DNA of 64,000 bases from Eledone cirrhosa (taxonomy: Eukaryota): positions 296,298,001-296,362,000 of the forward strand of contig OZ024740.1 in the NCBI GenBank assembly GCA_964016885.1, given 5' to 3'. Below are positions 1 through 14,113 of the stretch, one piece after another. The notes below the pieces were generated by a model that was not told the origin of the DNA, searched no databases, and saw nothing but the letters and a program-made list of their open reading frames with translations. How positions within the stretch are numbered: position 1 is the first letter of the stretch; each line of letters starts with the position of its first letter. The position numbers were made by a program, and so were the translations under genes.

Positions 1-2499
1 GGGGATCCATTTTTTATTTGGGGATCCATTTTTTATTTAGGTGATCCATTTTTTAGTTGGGTGATCCATTTTTATTTGGGGGATCCATTTTTTATTTGTG
101 TGATCCATTTTTTATTTGGCGTATCCATTTTTATTTGGGGGATCCATTTTTTATTTGTGTGATCCATTTTTTATTTGGCAGATCCATTTTTTATTTGGGG
201 GATCCATTTTTTATTTGGGTGATCCATTTTTTATTTGGGGGATCCATTTTTTAATTTGGGTGATACATTTTTTATTTGGGGGATCCATTTTTTATTTGGG
301 TGATCCATTTTTTATTTGGGTGATCCATATTTTATTTGGGTGATCCATTTTTTATTTGGGGGATCCATTTTTTATTTGGGTGATCCAATTTTTTATTTGG
401 GTGATCCATTTTTTATTTGGGTGATCCATTTTTTATTTGGGTGATCCATTTTTTATTTGGGGGATCCATTTTTTATTTGGGTGATCCATTTTTGATTTGG
501 GTGATCCATTTTTTATTTGGGGGATCCATTTTTTATTTGGGTGATCCATTTTTTATTTGGGGGATCCATTTTTTATTTGGGAGATCCATTTTTGATTTGG
601 GTGATCCATTTTTTATTTGGGTGATTCATTTTTTATTTGTTGGATCCATTTTTTATTTGGGGGATCCATTTTTATTTGGGGGACCCTATTTTTATTTGGG
701 GGATCCATTTTACATTTGGGTGATCCATTTTTTATTTGGGTGATCCATTTTTTATTTGGTGGATCCATTTTTTATTTGGGGTATCCATTTTTTATTTGGG
801 TGATCCATTTTTTATTTGGGGGATCCATTTTTTATTTGGGTTATCCATTTTTTATTTGGGTGATCCATTTTTTATTTGGGTGATCCATTTTTTATTTGTT
901 GGATCCATTTTTTATTTGGGGGATCCATTTTTTATTTGGGGGTTCCATTTTTTATTTGGGGGATCCATTTTACATTTGGGTGATCCATTTTTTATTTGGG
1001 TGATCCATTTTTTATTTGGGGGATTCATTTTTTATTTGGGTGATCCATTTTTTATTTGGGTGATCCAGTTTTTGTTTGGGTGATCCATTTTTTATTTGGG
1101 GGATCCATTTTTTATTTGGGTGATCCATTTTTTATTTGTTGGATCCATTTTTTATTTGGGGGATCCATTTTTTATTTGGGGGTTCCATTTTTTATTTGGG
1201 GGATCCATTTTACATTTGGGTGATCCATTTTTTATTTGGGTGACCCATTTTTTATTCGGGGGATCCATTTTTTATTTGGGGGATCCATTTTTTATTTGGG
1301 GGTTCCATTTTTTTATTTGGGTGATCCATTTTTTATTTGGGGGATCCATTTTTTATTTAGGTGATCCATTTTTTAGTTGGGTGATCCATTTTTTATTTGT
1401 GTGATCCATTTTTTATTTGGGGGATCCATTTTTTATTTGGGGGTTCCATTTTTTATTTGGGTGATCCATTTTTTATTTGGGGGATCGATTTTTTATTTGG
1501 GGGTTCCATTTTTTATTTGGGGGATCCATTTTACATTTGGGTGATCCATTTTTTATTTGGGTGATCCATTTTTTATTTGGGGGATCCATTTTTTATTTGG
1601 GTGATCCATTTTTTATTTGGGTGATCCAGTTTTTGTTTGGGTGATCCATTTTTTATTTGGGGGATCCATTTTTTATTTGGGTGATCCATTTTTTATTTGT
1701 TGGATCCATTTTTTATTTGGGGGATCCATTTTTTATTTGGGGGTTCCATTTTTTATTTGGGGGATCCATTTTACATTTGGGTGATCCATTTTTTATTTGG
1801 GTGACCCATTTTTTATTCGGGGGTTCCATTTTTTATTTGGGGGATCCATTTTTTATTTGGGGGTTCCATTTTTTATTTGGGTGATCCATTTTTTATTTGG
1901 GGGATCCATTTTTTATTTAGGTGATCCATTTTTTAGTTGGGTGATCCATTTTTTATTTGTGTGATCCATTTTTTATTTGGGGGATCCATTTTTTATTTGG
2001 GGGTTCCATTTTTTATTTGGGTGATCCATTTTTTATTTGGGGGATCCATTTTTTATTTAGGTGATCCATTTTTTAGTTGGGTGATCCATTTTTTATTTGT
2101 GTGATCCATTTTTTATTTGGCGGATCCATTTTTTATTTGAGGGATCCATTTTTTATTTGGGTGATCCATTTTTTATTTGGGGTATCCATTTTTTATTAGG
2201 GTGATACATTTTTTATTTGGGGGATCCATTTTTTATTTGGGTGATCCATTTTTTATTTGGGTGATCCATATTTTATTTGCGTGATCCATTTTTTATTTGG
2301 GTGATCCATTTTTTATTTGGGTGATCCATTTTTTATTTGGGGGATCCATTTTTTATTTGGGTGATCCATTTTTTATTTGGGTGATCCATTTTTTATTTGG
2401 GGGATCCATTTTTTATTTGGGTGATCCATTTTTTATTTGGGGGATCCAGTTTTTGTTTGGGTGATCCATTTTTTATTTGGGGGATCCATTTTTTATTTG

Positions 2500-5400
2500 G
2501 GTGATCCATATTTTATTTAGGGGATCCATTTTTTATTTGGGTGATCCATTTTTTATCTGGGTGATCCATTTTTTATTTGGGTGATCCATTTTTTATTTTG
2601 GGGATCTATTTTTTATTTGGGTGATCCATTTTTTATTTGGGGGATCCATTTTTTTTTTGGTGATCCATTTTTTATTTGGGGATCCATTTTTTATTTGGGG
2701 GATCCATTTTTTATTTGGGTGATCCATTTTTTATTTGGGGGATCCATTTTTTATTTGGGTGATCCATTTTTAATTTGGGGATCCATTTTTTATTTGGGTG
2801 ATCCATTTTTTATTTGGGGGATCCATTTTTTATATGGGTGATCCATTTTTTATTTGGGGGATCCATTTTGTATTTGGGTGATCCATTTTTTATTTGGGGG
2901 ATCCATTTTTTATTTGGGGGATCCATTTTTTATTTGGGTGATCCACATTTTATTTGGGTGATCCAATTTTTATTTGAGGGATCCATTTTTTATTTGGGTG
3001 ATCCATTTTTTATTTGGGTGATCCATTTTTTATTTGGGTGATCCATTTTCTATTTGGGTGATCCATTTTTTATTTGGGGGATCCATTTTTTATTTGGATG
3101 ATCCATTTTTTATTTGGGGGATCCATTTTTTATTTGGGCGATCCAATTTTTATTTGGGTGATCCATTTTTTTATTGGGCGATCCATTTTTTATTTGGGTG
3201 ATCCATTTTTTATTTGGGGGATCCATTATTTATTTGTGTGATCCATTTTATATTTGGGGGATCCATTTTTTATTTGGGTGATCCATTTTTTATTTTGGAG
3301 ATCCATTTTTTATTTGGGGGATCCATTTTTTATTTGGGGGATCCATTTTTTATTTGGGGGATCCATTTTTTATTTGGGTGATCCATTTTTTATTTGGGGG
3401 ATCCATTTTTTATTTGGGGGATCCATTTTTTATTTGGGTGATCCAGTTTTTGTTTGGGTGATCCATTTTTTATTTGGGGGATCCATTTTCTATTTGGGTG
3501 ATCCATATTTTATTTAGGGGATCGATTTTTTATTTGGTGATCCATTTTTTATTTGGGTGATCCATTCTTTATTTGGGTGATCCATTTTTTATTTTGGGGA
3601 TCTATTTTTTATTTGGGTGATCCATTTTTTATTTGGGGATCCATTTTTTATTTGGGTGATCCATTTTTTATTTGGGGGATCCATTTTTTATTTGGGGGAT
3701 CCATTTTTTATTTGGGTGATCCATTTTTTATTTGGGGGATCCATTTTTTATTTGGGTGATCCATTTTTTATTTGGGGGATCCATTTTTTATTTGGGTGAT
3801 CCATTTTTTATTTGGGTGATCCATTTTTTATTTGGGTGATCCATTTTTTATTTGTTGGATCCATTTTTTATTTGGGGGATCCATTTTTTATTTGGGGGTT
3901 CCATTTTTTATTTGGGGGATCCATTTTACATTTGGGTGATCCATTTTTTATTTGGGTGATCCATTTTTTATTTGGGGGATCCATTTTTTATTTGGGTGAT
4001 CCATTTTTTATTTGGGTGATCCAGTTTTTGTTTGGGTGATCCATTTTTTATTTGGGGGATCCATTTTTTATTTGGGTGATCCATTTTTTATTTGTTGGAT
4101 CCATTTTTTATTTGGGGGATCCATTTTTTATTTGGGGGATCCATTTTTTATTTGGGTGATCCATTTTTTATTTGGGGGATCCATTTTTTATTTAGGTGAT
4201 CCATTTTTTAGTTGGGTGATCCATTTTTTTTGGGGGGATCCATTTTTTATTTGTGTCATCCATTTTTTATTTGGCGGATCCATTTTTATTTGGGGGATCC
4301 ATTTTTTATTTGTGTGATCCATTTTTTATTTGGCAGATCCATTTTTTATTTGGGGGATCCATTTTTTATTTGGGTGATCCATTTTTTATTTGGGGGATCC
4401 ATTTTTTATTTGGGTGATCCATTTTTTATTTGGGTGATCCAGTTTTTGTTTGGGTGATCCATTTTTTATTTGGGGGATCCATTTTTTATTTGGGTGATCC
4501 ATTTTTTATTTGTTGGATCCATTTTTTATTTGGGGGATCCATTTTTTATTTGGGGGTTCCATTTTTTATTTGGGGGATCCATTTTACATTTGGGTGATCC
4601 ATTTTTTATTTGGGTGATCCATTTTTTATTTGGGGGATCCATTTTTTATTTGGGTGATCCATATTTTATTTAGGGGATCCATTTTTTATTTGGGTGATCC
4701 ATTTTTTATTTGGGTGATCCATTTTTTATTTGGGTGATCCATTTTTTATTTTGGGGATCTATTTTTTATTTGGGTGATCCATTTTTTATTTGGGGGATCC
4801 ATTTTTTTTTTTGGTGATCCATTTTTTATTTGGGGATCCATTTTTTATTTGGGGGATCCATTTTTTATTTGGGTGATCCATTTTTTATTTGGGTGATCCA
4901 TTTTTTATTTGGGTGATCCATTTTCTATTTGGGTGATCCATTTTTTATTTGGGGGATCCATTTTTTATTTGGATGATCCATTTTTTATTTGGGGGATCCA
5001 TTTTTTATTTGGGCGATCCAATTTTTATTTGGGTGATCCATTTTTTTATTGGGCGATCCATTTTTTATTTGGGTGATCCATTTTTTATTTGGGGGATCCA
5101 TTATTTATTTGTGTGATCCATTTTATATTTGGGGGATCCATTTTTTATTTGGGTGATCCATTTTTTATTTTGGAGATCCATTTTTTATTTGGGGGATCCA
5201 TTTTTTATTTGGGGGATCCATTTTTTATTTGGGGGATCCATTTTTTATTTGGGTGATCCATTTTTTATTTGGGGGATCCATTTTTTATTTGGGGGATCCA
5301 TTTTTTATTTGGGTGATCCAGTTTTTGTTTGGGTGATCCATTTTTTATTTGGGGGATCCATTTTTTATTTGGGTGATCCATATTTTATTTAGGGGATCGA

Positions 5401-8200
5401 TTTTTTATTTGGTGATCCATTTTTTATTTGGGTGATCCATTCTTTATTTGGGTGATCCATTTTTTATTTTGGGGATCTATTTTTTATTTTGGTGATCCAT
5501 TTTTTATTTGGGGATCCATTTTTTATTTGGGTGATCCATTTTTTATTTGGGGGATCCATTTTTTATTTGGGGGATCCATTTTTTATTTGGGTGATCCATT
5601 TTTTATTTGGGGGATCCATTTTTTATTTGGGTGATCCATTTTTTATTTGGGGGATCCATTTTTTATTTGGGTGATCCATTTTTTATTTGGGTGATCCATT
5701 TTTTATTTGGGTGATCCATTTTTTATTTGTTGGATCCATTTTTTATTTGGGGGATCCATTTTTTATTTGGGGGTTCCATTTTTTATTTGGGGGATCCATT
5801 TTACATTTGGGTGATCCATTTTTTATTTGGGTGATCCATTTTTTATTTGGGGGATCCATTTTTTATTTGGGTGATCCATTTTTTATTTGGGTGATCCAGT
5901 TTTTGTTTGGGTGATCCATTTTTTATTTGGGGGATCCATTTTTTATTTGGGTGATCCATTTTTTATTTGTTGGATCCATTTTTTATTTGGGGGATCCATT
6001 TTTTATTTGGGGGATCCATTTTTTATTTGGGTGATCCATTTTTTATTTGGGGGATCCATTTTTTATTTAGGTGATCCATTTTTTAGTTGGGTGATCCATT
6101 TTTTTGGGGGGGATCCATTTTTTATTTGTGTCATCCATTTTTTATTTGGCGGATCCATTTTTATTTGGGGGATCCATTTTTTATTTGTGTGATCCATTTT
6201 TTATTTGGCAGATCCATTTTTTATTTGGGGGATCCATTTTTTATTTGGGTGATCCATTTTTTATTTGGGGGATCCATTTTTTATTTGGGTGATCCATTTT
6301 TAATTTGGGGATCCATTTTTTATTTGGGTGATCCATTTTTTATTTGGGGGATCCATTTTTTATATGGGTGATCCATTTTTTATTTGGGGGATCCATTTTG
6401 TATTTGGGTGATCCATTTTTTATTTGGGGGATCCTTTTTTATTTGGGGGATCCATTTTTTATTTGGGTGATCCACATTTTATTTGGGTGATCCACATTTT
6501 ATTTGGGTGATCCAATTTTTATTTGAGGGATCCATTTTTTATTTGGGTGATCCATTTTTTATTTGGGTGATCCATTTTTTATTTGGGTGATCCATTTTCT
6601 ATTTGGGTGATCCATTTTTTATTTGGGGGATCCATTTTTTATTTGGATGATCCATTTTTTATTTGGGGGATCCATTTTTTATTTGGGCGATCCAATTTTT
6701 ATTTGGGTGATCCATTTTTTTATTGGGCGATCCATTTTTTATTTGGGTGATCCATTTTTTATTTGGGGGATCCATTATTTATTTGTGTGATCCATTTTAT
6801 ATTTGGGGGATCCATTTTTTATTTGGGTGATCCATTTTTTATTTTGGAGATCCATTTTTTATTTGGGGGATCCATTTTTTATTTGGGTGATCCATTTTTT
6901 ATTTGGGTGATCCATTTTTTATTTGTTGGATCCATTTTTTATTTGGGGGATCCATTTTTTATTTGGGGGCTCCATTTTTTATTTGGGGGATCCATTTTAC
7001 ATTTGGGTGATCCATTTTTTATTTGGGTGATCCATTTTTTATTTGGGGGTTCCATTTTTTATTTGGGGGATCCATCACATAAAAAATGGATCCCCCAAAT
7101 AAAAAATGGATCCATTTTTTATTTGGGTGATCCATTTTTTATTTGGGGGATCCATTTTTTATTTGGGTGATCCAGTTTTTGTTTGGGTGATCCATTTTTT
7201 ATTTGGGGGATCGATTTTTTATTTGGGTGATCCATATTTTATTTAGGGGATCGATTTTTTATTTGGTGATCCATTTTTTATTTGGGTGATCCATTCTTTA
7301 TTTGGGTGATCCATTTTTTATTTTGGGGATCTATTTTTTATTTGGGTGATCCATTTTTTATTTGGGGATCCATTTTTTATTTGGGTGATCCATTTTTTAT
7401 TTGGGGGATCCATTTTTATTTGGGGGATCCATTTTTTATTTGGGTGATCCATTTTTTATTTGGGGGATCCATTTTTTATTTGGGTGATCCATTTTTTATT
7501 TGGGGGATCCATTTTTTATTTGGGTGATCCATTTTTTATTTGGGTGATCCATTTTTTATTTGGGTGATCCATTTTTTATTTGGGTGATCCATTTTTTATT
7601 TGTTGGATCCATTTTTTATTTGGGGGATCCATTTTTTATTTGGGGGTTCCATTTTTTATTTGGGGGATCCATTTTACATTTGGGTGATCCATTTTTTATT
7701 TGGGTGATCCATTTTTTATTTGGGTGATCCATTTTTTATTTGGGTGATCCATTTTTTATTTGGGTGATCCAGTTTTTGTTTGGGTGATCCATTTTTTATT
7801 TGGGGGATCCATTTTTTATTTGGGTGATCCATTTTTTATTTGTTGGATCCATTTTTTATTTGGGGGATCCATTTTTTATTTGGGGGATCCATTTTTTATT
7901 TGGGTGATCCATTTTTTATTTGGGGGATCCATTTTTTATTTAGGTGATCCATTTTTTAGTTGGGTGATCCATTTTTTTGGGGGGGGATCCATTTTTTATT
8001 TGTGTCATCCATTTTTTATTTGGCGGATCCATTTTTATTTGGGGGATCCATTTTTTATTTGTGTGATCCATTTTTTATTTGGCAGATCCATTTTTTATTT
8101 GGGGGATCCATTTTTTATTTGGGTGATCCATTTTTTATTTGGGGGATCCATTTTTTATTTGGGTGATCCATTTTTTATTTGGGTGATCCAGTTTTTGTTT
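2500..8200 (+). repeat. Higher-order repeat, unit about 1.87 kb, about 3 imperfect copies
   Basis: GTGTCATCC at about 4253/6128/8002 and AGGGGATCGA at about 3516/5391/7245. Near-identical ORF-track entries are offset by 1875 bp. Confidence 0.8.
7076..7113 (-). repeat. Inverted satellite island, 2 monomers (class A, CACAT variant)
   Basis: GGATCCAT|CACATAAAAAATGGATCCCCCAAATAAAAAATGGATCC is the reverse complement of the monomer. Confidence 0.95.
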
Positions 8201-11200
8201 GGGTGATCCATTTTTTATTTGGGGGATCCATTTTTTATTTGGGTGATCCATTTTTTATTTGTTGGATCCATTTTTTATTTGGGGGATCCATTTTTTATTT
8301 GGGGGTTCCATTTTTTATTTGGGGGATCCATTTTACATTTGGGTGATCCATTTTTTATTTGGGTGATCCATTTTTTATTTGGGGGATCCATTTTTTATTT
8401 AGGGGATCCATTTTTTATTTGGGGGATCCATTTTTTATTTGGGTGATCCATTTTTTATTTGTTGGATCCATTTTTTATTTGGGGGATCCATTTTTTATTT
8501 GGGGGTTCCATTTTTTATTTGGGGGATCCATTTTACATTTGGGTGATCCATTTTTTATTTGGGTGATCCATTTTTTATTTGGGGGATCCATTTTTTATTT
8601 AGGGGATCCATTTTTTATTTGGGGGTTCCATTTTTTATTTGGGTGATCCATTTTTTATTTGGGGGATCCATTTTTTATTTAGGTGATCCATTTTTTAGTT
8701 GGGTGATCCATTTTTATTTGGGGGATCCATTTTTTATTTGTGTGATCCATTTTTTATTTGGCGGATCCATTTTTTATTTGGGGGATCCATTTTTTATTTG
8801 GGGATCCATTTTTTATTTAGGTGATCCATTTTTTAGTTGGGTGATCCATTATTATTTGGGGGATCCATTTTTTATTTGTGTGATCCATTTTTTATTTGGC
8901 GTATCCATTTTTATTTGGGGGATCCATTTTTTATTTGTGTGATCCATTTTTTATTTTGCAGATCCATTTTTTATTTGGGGGATCCATTTTTTATTTGGGT
9001 GATCCATTTTTTATTTGGGGGATCCATTTTTTATTTGGGTGATACATTTTTTATTTGGGGGATCCATTTTTTATTTGGGTGATCCATTTTTTATTTGGGT
9101 GATCCATATTTTATTTGGGTGATCCATTTTTTATTTGGGGGATCCATTTTTTATTTGGGTGATCCAATTTTTTATTTGGGTGATCCATTTTTTATTTGGG
9201 TGATCCATTTTTTATTTGGGTGATCCATTTTTTATTTGGGGGATCCATTTTTTATTTGGGTGATCCATTTTTGATTTGGGTGATCCATTTTTTATTTGGG
9301 GGATCCATTTTTTATTTGGGTGATCCATTTTTTATTTGGGGGATCCATTTTTTATTTGGGAGATCCATTTTTGATTTGGGTGATCCATTTTTTATTTGGG
9401 TGATTCATTTTTTATTTGTTGGATCCATTTTTTATTTGGGGGATCCATTTTTATTTGGGGGACCCTATTTTTATTTGGGGGATCCATTTTACATTTGGGT
9501 GATCCATTTTTTATTTGGTGGATCCATTTTTTATTTGGGGTATCCATTTTTTATTTGGGTGATCCATTTTTTATTTGGGGGATCCATTTTTTATTTGGGT
9601 TATCCATTTTTTATTTGGGTGATCCATTTTTTATTTGGGTGATCCATTTTTTATTTGTTGGATCCATTTTTTATTTGGGGGATCCATTTTTTATTTGGGG
9701 GTTCCATTTTTTATTTGGGGGATCCATTTTACATTTGGGTGATCCATTTTTTATTTGGGTGATCCATTTTTTATTTGGGGGATCCATTTTTTATTTGGGT
9801 GATCCATTTTTTATTTGGGTGATCCAGTTTTTGTTTGGGTGATCCATTTTTTATTTGGGGGATCCATTTTTTATTTGGGTGATCCATTTTTTATTTGTTG
9901 GATCCATTTTTTATTTGGGGGATCCATTTTTTATTTGGGGGTTCCATTTTTTATTTGGGGGATCCATTTTACATTTGGGTGATCCATTTTTTATTTGGGT
10001 GACCCATTTTTTATTCGGGGGATCCATTTTTTATTTGGGGGATCCATTTTTTATTTGGGGGTTCCATTTTTTATTTGGGTGATCCATTTTTTATTTGGGG
10101 GATCCATTTTTTATTTAGGTGATCCATTTTTTAGTTGGGTGATCCATTTTTTATTTGTGTGATCCATTTTTTATTTGGGGGATCCATTTTTTATTTGGGG
10201 GTTCCATTTTTTATTTGGGTGATCCATTTTTTATTTGGGGGATCCATTTTTTATTTAGGTGATCCATTTTTTAGTTGGGTGATCCATTTTTTATTTGTGT
10301 GATCCATTTTTTATTTGGCGGATCCATTTTTTATTTGGGGGATCCATTTTTTATTTGGGTGATCCATTTTTTATTTGGGGTATCCATTTTTTATTAGGGT
10401 GATACATTTTTTATTTGGGGGATCCATTTTTTATTTGGGTGATCCATTTTTTATTTGGGTGATCCATATTTTATTTGCGTGATCCATTTTTTATTTGGGT
10501 GATCCATTTTTTATTTGGGTGATCCATTTTTTATTTGGGGGATCCATTTTTTATTTGGGTGATCCATTTTTTATTTGGGTGATCCATTTTTTATTTGGGG
10601 GATCCATTTTTTATTTGGGTGATCCATTTTTTATTTGGGGGATCCAGTTTTTGTTTGGGTGATCCATTTTTTATTTGGGGGATCCATTTTTTATTTGGGT
10701 GATCCATATTTTATTTAGGGGATCCATTTTTTATTTGGGTGATCCATTTTTTATTTGGGTGATCCATTTTTTATTTGGGTGATCCATTTTTTATTTTGGG
10801 GATCTATTTTTTATTTGGGTGATCCATTTTTTATTTGGGGGATCCATTTTTTTTTTGGTGATCCATTTTTTATTTGGGGATCCATTTTTTATTTGGGGGA
10901 TCCATTTTTTATTTGGGTGATCCATTTTTTATTTGGGGGATCCATTTTTTATTTGGGTGATCCATTTTTAATTTGGGGATCCATTTTTTATTTGGGTGAT
11001 CCATTTTTTATTTGGGGGATCCATTTTTTATTTGGGGGATCCATTTTTTATTTGGGTGATCCACATTTTATTTGGGTGATCCAATTTTTATTTGAGGGAT
11101 CCATTTTTTATTTGGGTGATCCATTTTTTATTTGGGTGATCCATTTTTTATTTGGGTGATCCATTTTCTATTTGGGTGATCCATTTTTTATTTGGGGGAT

Positions 11201-11664
11201 CCATTTTTTATTTGGATGATCCATTTTTTATTTGGGGGATCCATTTTTTATTTGGGCGATCCAATTTTTATTTGGGTGATCCATTTTTTTATTGGGCGAT
11301 CCATTTTTTATTTGGGTGATCCATTTTTTATTTGGGGGATCCATTATTTATTTGTGTGATCCATTTTATATTTGGGGGATCCATTTTTTATTTGGGTGAT
11401 CCATTTTTTATTTTGGAGATCCATTTTTTATTTGGGGGATCCATTTTTTATTTGGGGGATCCATTTTTTATTTGGGTGATCCATTTTTTATTTGGGTGAT
11501 CCATTTTTTATTTGTTGGATCCATTTTTTATTTGGGGGATCCATTTTTTATTTGGGGGCTCCATTTTTTATTTGGGGGATCCATTTTACATTTGGGTGAT
11601 CCATTTTTTATTTGGGTGATCCATTTTTTATTTGGGGGTTCCATTTTTTATTTGGGGGATCCAT

Positions 11665-11702
11665 CAAATAAAAAATGGATCCCCCAAATAAAAAATGGAT
11701 CC
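11665..11702 (-). repeat. Inverted satellite island, 2 monomers (class A)
   Basis: CAAATAAAAAATGGATCCCCCAAATAAAAAATGGATCC. Confidence 0.95.
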
Positions 11703-12140
11703 ATTTTTTATTTGGGTGATCCATTTTTTATTTGGGGGATCCATTTTTTATTTGGGTGATCCAGTTTTTGTTTGGGTGATCCATTTTTTATTTGGGGGAT
11801 CCATTTTTTATTTGGGTGATCCATATTTTATTTAGGGGATCGATTTTTTATTTGGTGATCCATTTTTTATTTGGGTGATCCATTCTTTATTTGGGTGATC
11901 CATTTTTTATTTTGGGGATCTATTTTTTATTTGGGTGATCCATTTTTTATTTGGGGATCCATTTTTTATTTGGGTGATCCATTTTTTATTTGGGGGATCC
12001 ATTTTTTATTTGGGGGATCCATTTTTTATTTGGGTGATCCATTTTTTATTTGGGGGATCCATTTTTTATTTGGGTGATCCATTTTTTATTTGGGGGATCC
12101 ATTTTTTATTTGGGGGGCCATTTTTTATTTGGGGATCCAT

Positions 12141-12218
12141 CAAATAAAAAATGGATCACCCAAATAAAAAATGGATCACCCAAATAAAAAATGGATCCCT
12201 CAAATAAAAAATGGATCC
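12141..12218 (-). repeat. Inverted satellite island, 4 monomers (class B, CCCTCAAAT variant)
   Basis: Four CAAATAAAAAATGGATC units, preceded by a GGGGGGCCAT monomer. Confidence 0.95.
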
Positions 12219-14036
12219 ATTTTTTATTTGGGGGATCCATTTTTTATTTGGGGGTTCCATTTTTTATTTGGGGGATCCATTTTACATTTGGGTGATCCAT
12301 TTTTTATTTGGGTGATCCATATTTTATTTGGGGGATCCATTTTTTATTTGGGGGATCCATTTTTTATTTGGGTGATCCATTTTTTATTTGGGGGATCCAT
12401 TTTTTATTTAGGTGATCCATTCTTTAGTTGGGTGATCCATTTATATTTGGGGGATCCATTTTTTATTTGTGTGATCCATTTTTTATTTGGCAGATCCATT
12501 TTTTATTTGGGGGATCCATTTTTTATTTGGGTGATCCATTTTTTATTTGGGGGATCCATTTTTTATTTGGGTTATACATTTTTTATTTGGGGGATCCATT
12601 TTTTATTTGGGTGATCCATTTTTTATTTGGGTGATCCATATTTTATTTGGGTGATCCATTTTTTATTTGGGGGATCCATTTTTATTTGGGTGATCTATTT
12701 TTGATTTGGGTGATCCATTTTTTATTTGGGGGATCCATTTTTTATTTGGGTGATCCATTTTTTATTTGGGGGATCCATTTTTTATTTGGGAGATCCATTT
12801 TTGATTTGGGTGATCCATTTTTTATTTGGGTGATCCATTTTTTATTTGTTGGATCCATTTTATATTTGGGGGATTCATTTTTTATTTGGGTATTCATTTT
12901 TTATTTGGGGGATCCATTTTGTATTTGGGTGATCCATTTTTTATTTTGGGGATCCATTTTTTATTTGGGGGATCCATTTTTTATTTGGGTGATCCATTTT
13001 TTATTTGGGTGATCCATTTTTTTATTTGTGGATCCATTTTTTATTTGTGGGATCCATTTTTTATTTGGGGGTTCCATTTTTTATTTGGGGGATCCATTTT
13101 ACATTTGGGTGATCCATTTAGTAATTGGGTGATCCATTTTTTATTTGGGGGATCCATTTTTTATTTGGGTGATCCATTTTTTATTTGGGTGATCCCTTTT
13201 TTATTTGGGTGATCCATTTTTTATTTGGGGGATCCATTTTTATTTGGGGGTTCCATTTTTTATTTGGGGGATCCATTTTTTATTTGGGTGATCCATATTT
13301 TATTTAGGGGATCCATTTTTTATTTGGGTGATCCATTTTTTATTTGGGTGATCCATTTTTTATTTGGGTGATCCATTTTTTATTTTGGGGATCCATTTTT
13401 TATTTGGGTGATCCATTTTTTATTTGGGTGATGCATTTTTTATTTGGGTGATCCATTTTTTATTTGGGGGATCCATTTTTTATTTGGGTGATCCATTTTT
13501 TATTTTGGGGATCCATTTTTTATTTGGGTGATCCATTTTTTTATTTGGGGGATCCATTTTTTATTTGGGTGATCCATTTTTTATTTGGGGGATCCATTTT
13601 TTATTTGGGTGATCCATTTTTTATTTGGGGGATCCATTTTTTATTCGGGGGATCCATTTTTTATTTGGGTGATCCATTTTTTATTTGGGTGATCCATTTT
13701 GTATTTGGGGGATCCATTTTTTATTTCGGTGATCCATTTTTTATTTGGGTGATCCATTCTTTATGTGGGTGATCCATTTTTGATTTGAGGGATCCATTTT
13801 TTATTTGGGTGGTCCATTTTTTATTTGGGTGATCCATTTTTTATTTGGGTGATCCATTTTTTATTTGGGTGATCCATTTTTTATTTGGGTGATCCATTTT
13901 TTATTTGGGGGATCCATTTTTTATTTGTGTGATCCATTTTATATTTGGGGGATCCATTTTTTATTTGGGTATTCATTTTTTATTTGGGGGATCCATTTTT
14001 TATTTGGGGGTCCCATTTTTTATTTGGGGGATCCAT

Positions 14037-14113
14037 CAAACAAAAAATGGATCACCCAAATAAAAAATGGATCACCCAAATAAAAAATGGACCCCCAAAC
14101 AAAAAATGGATCC
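14037..14113 (-). repeat. Inverted satellite island, 4 monomers (diverged, unique)
   Basis: CAAACAAAAAATGGATC...GGACCCCCAAACAAAAAATGGATCC, with private substitutions and a 1-bp deletion. Confidence 0.93.

Noticed and set aside
7068-7125. Inverted islands as MITE or transposon ends, or as rho-independent terminators
   Set aside because: The islands consist only of satellite monomer, with no foreign sequence or target-site duplication. The hairpin plus T-run appearance comes from the monomer, and there is no gene upstream.
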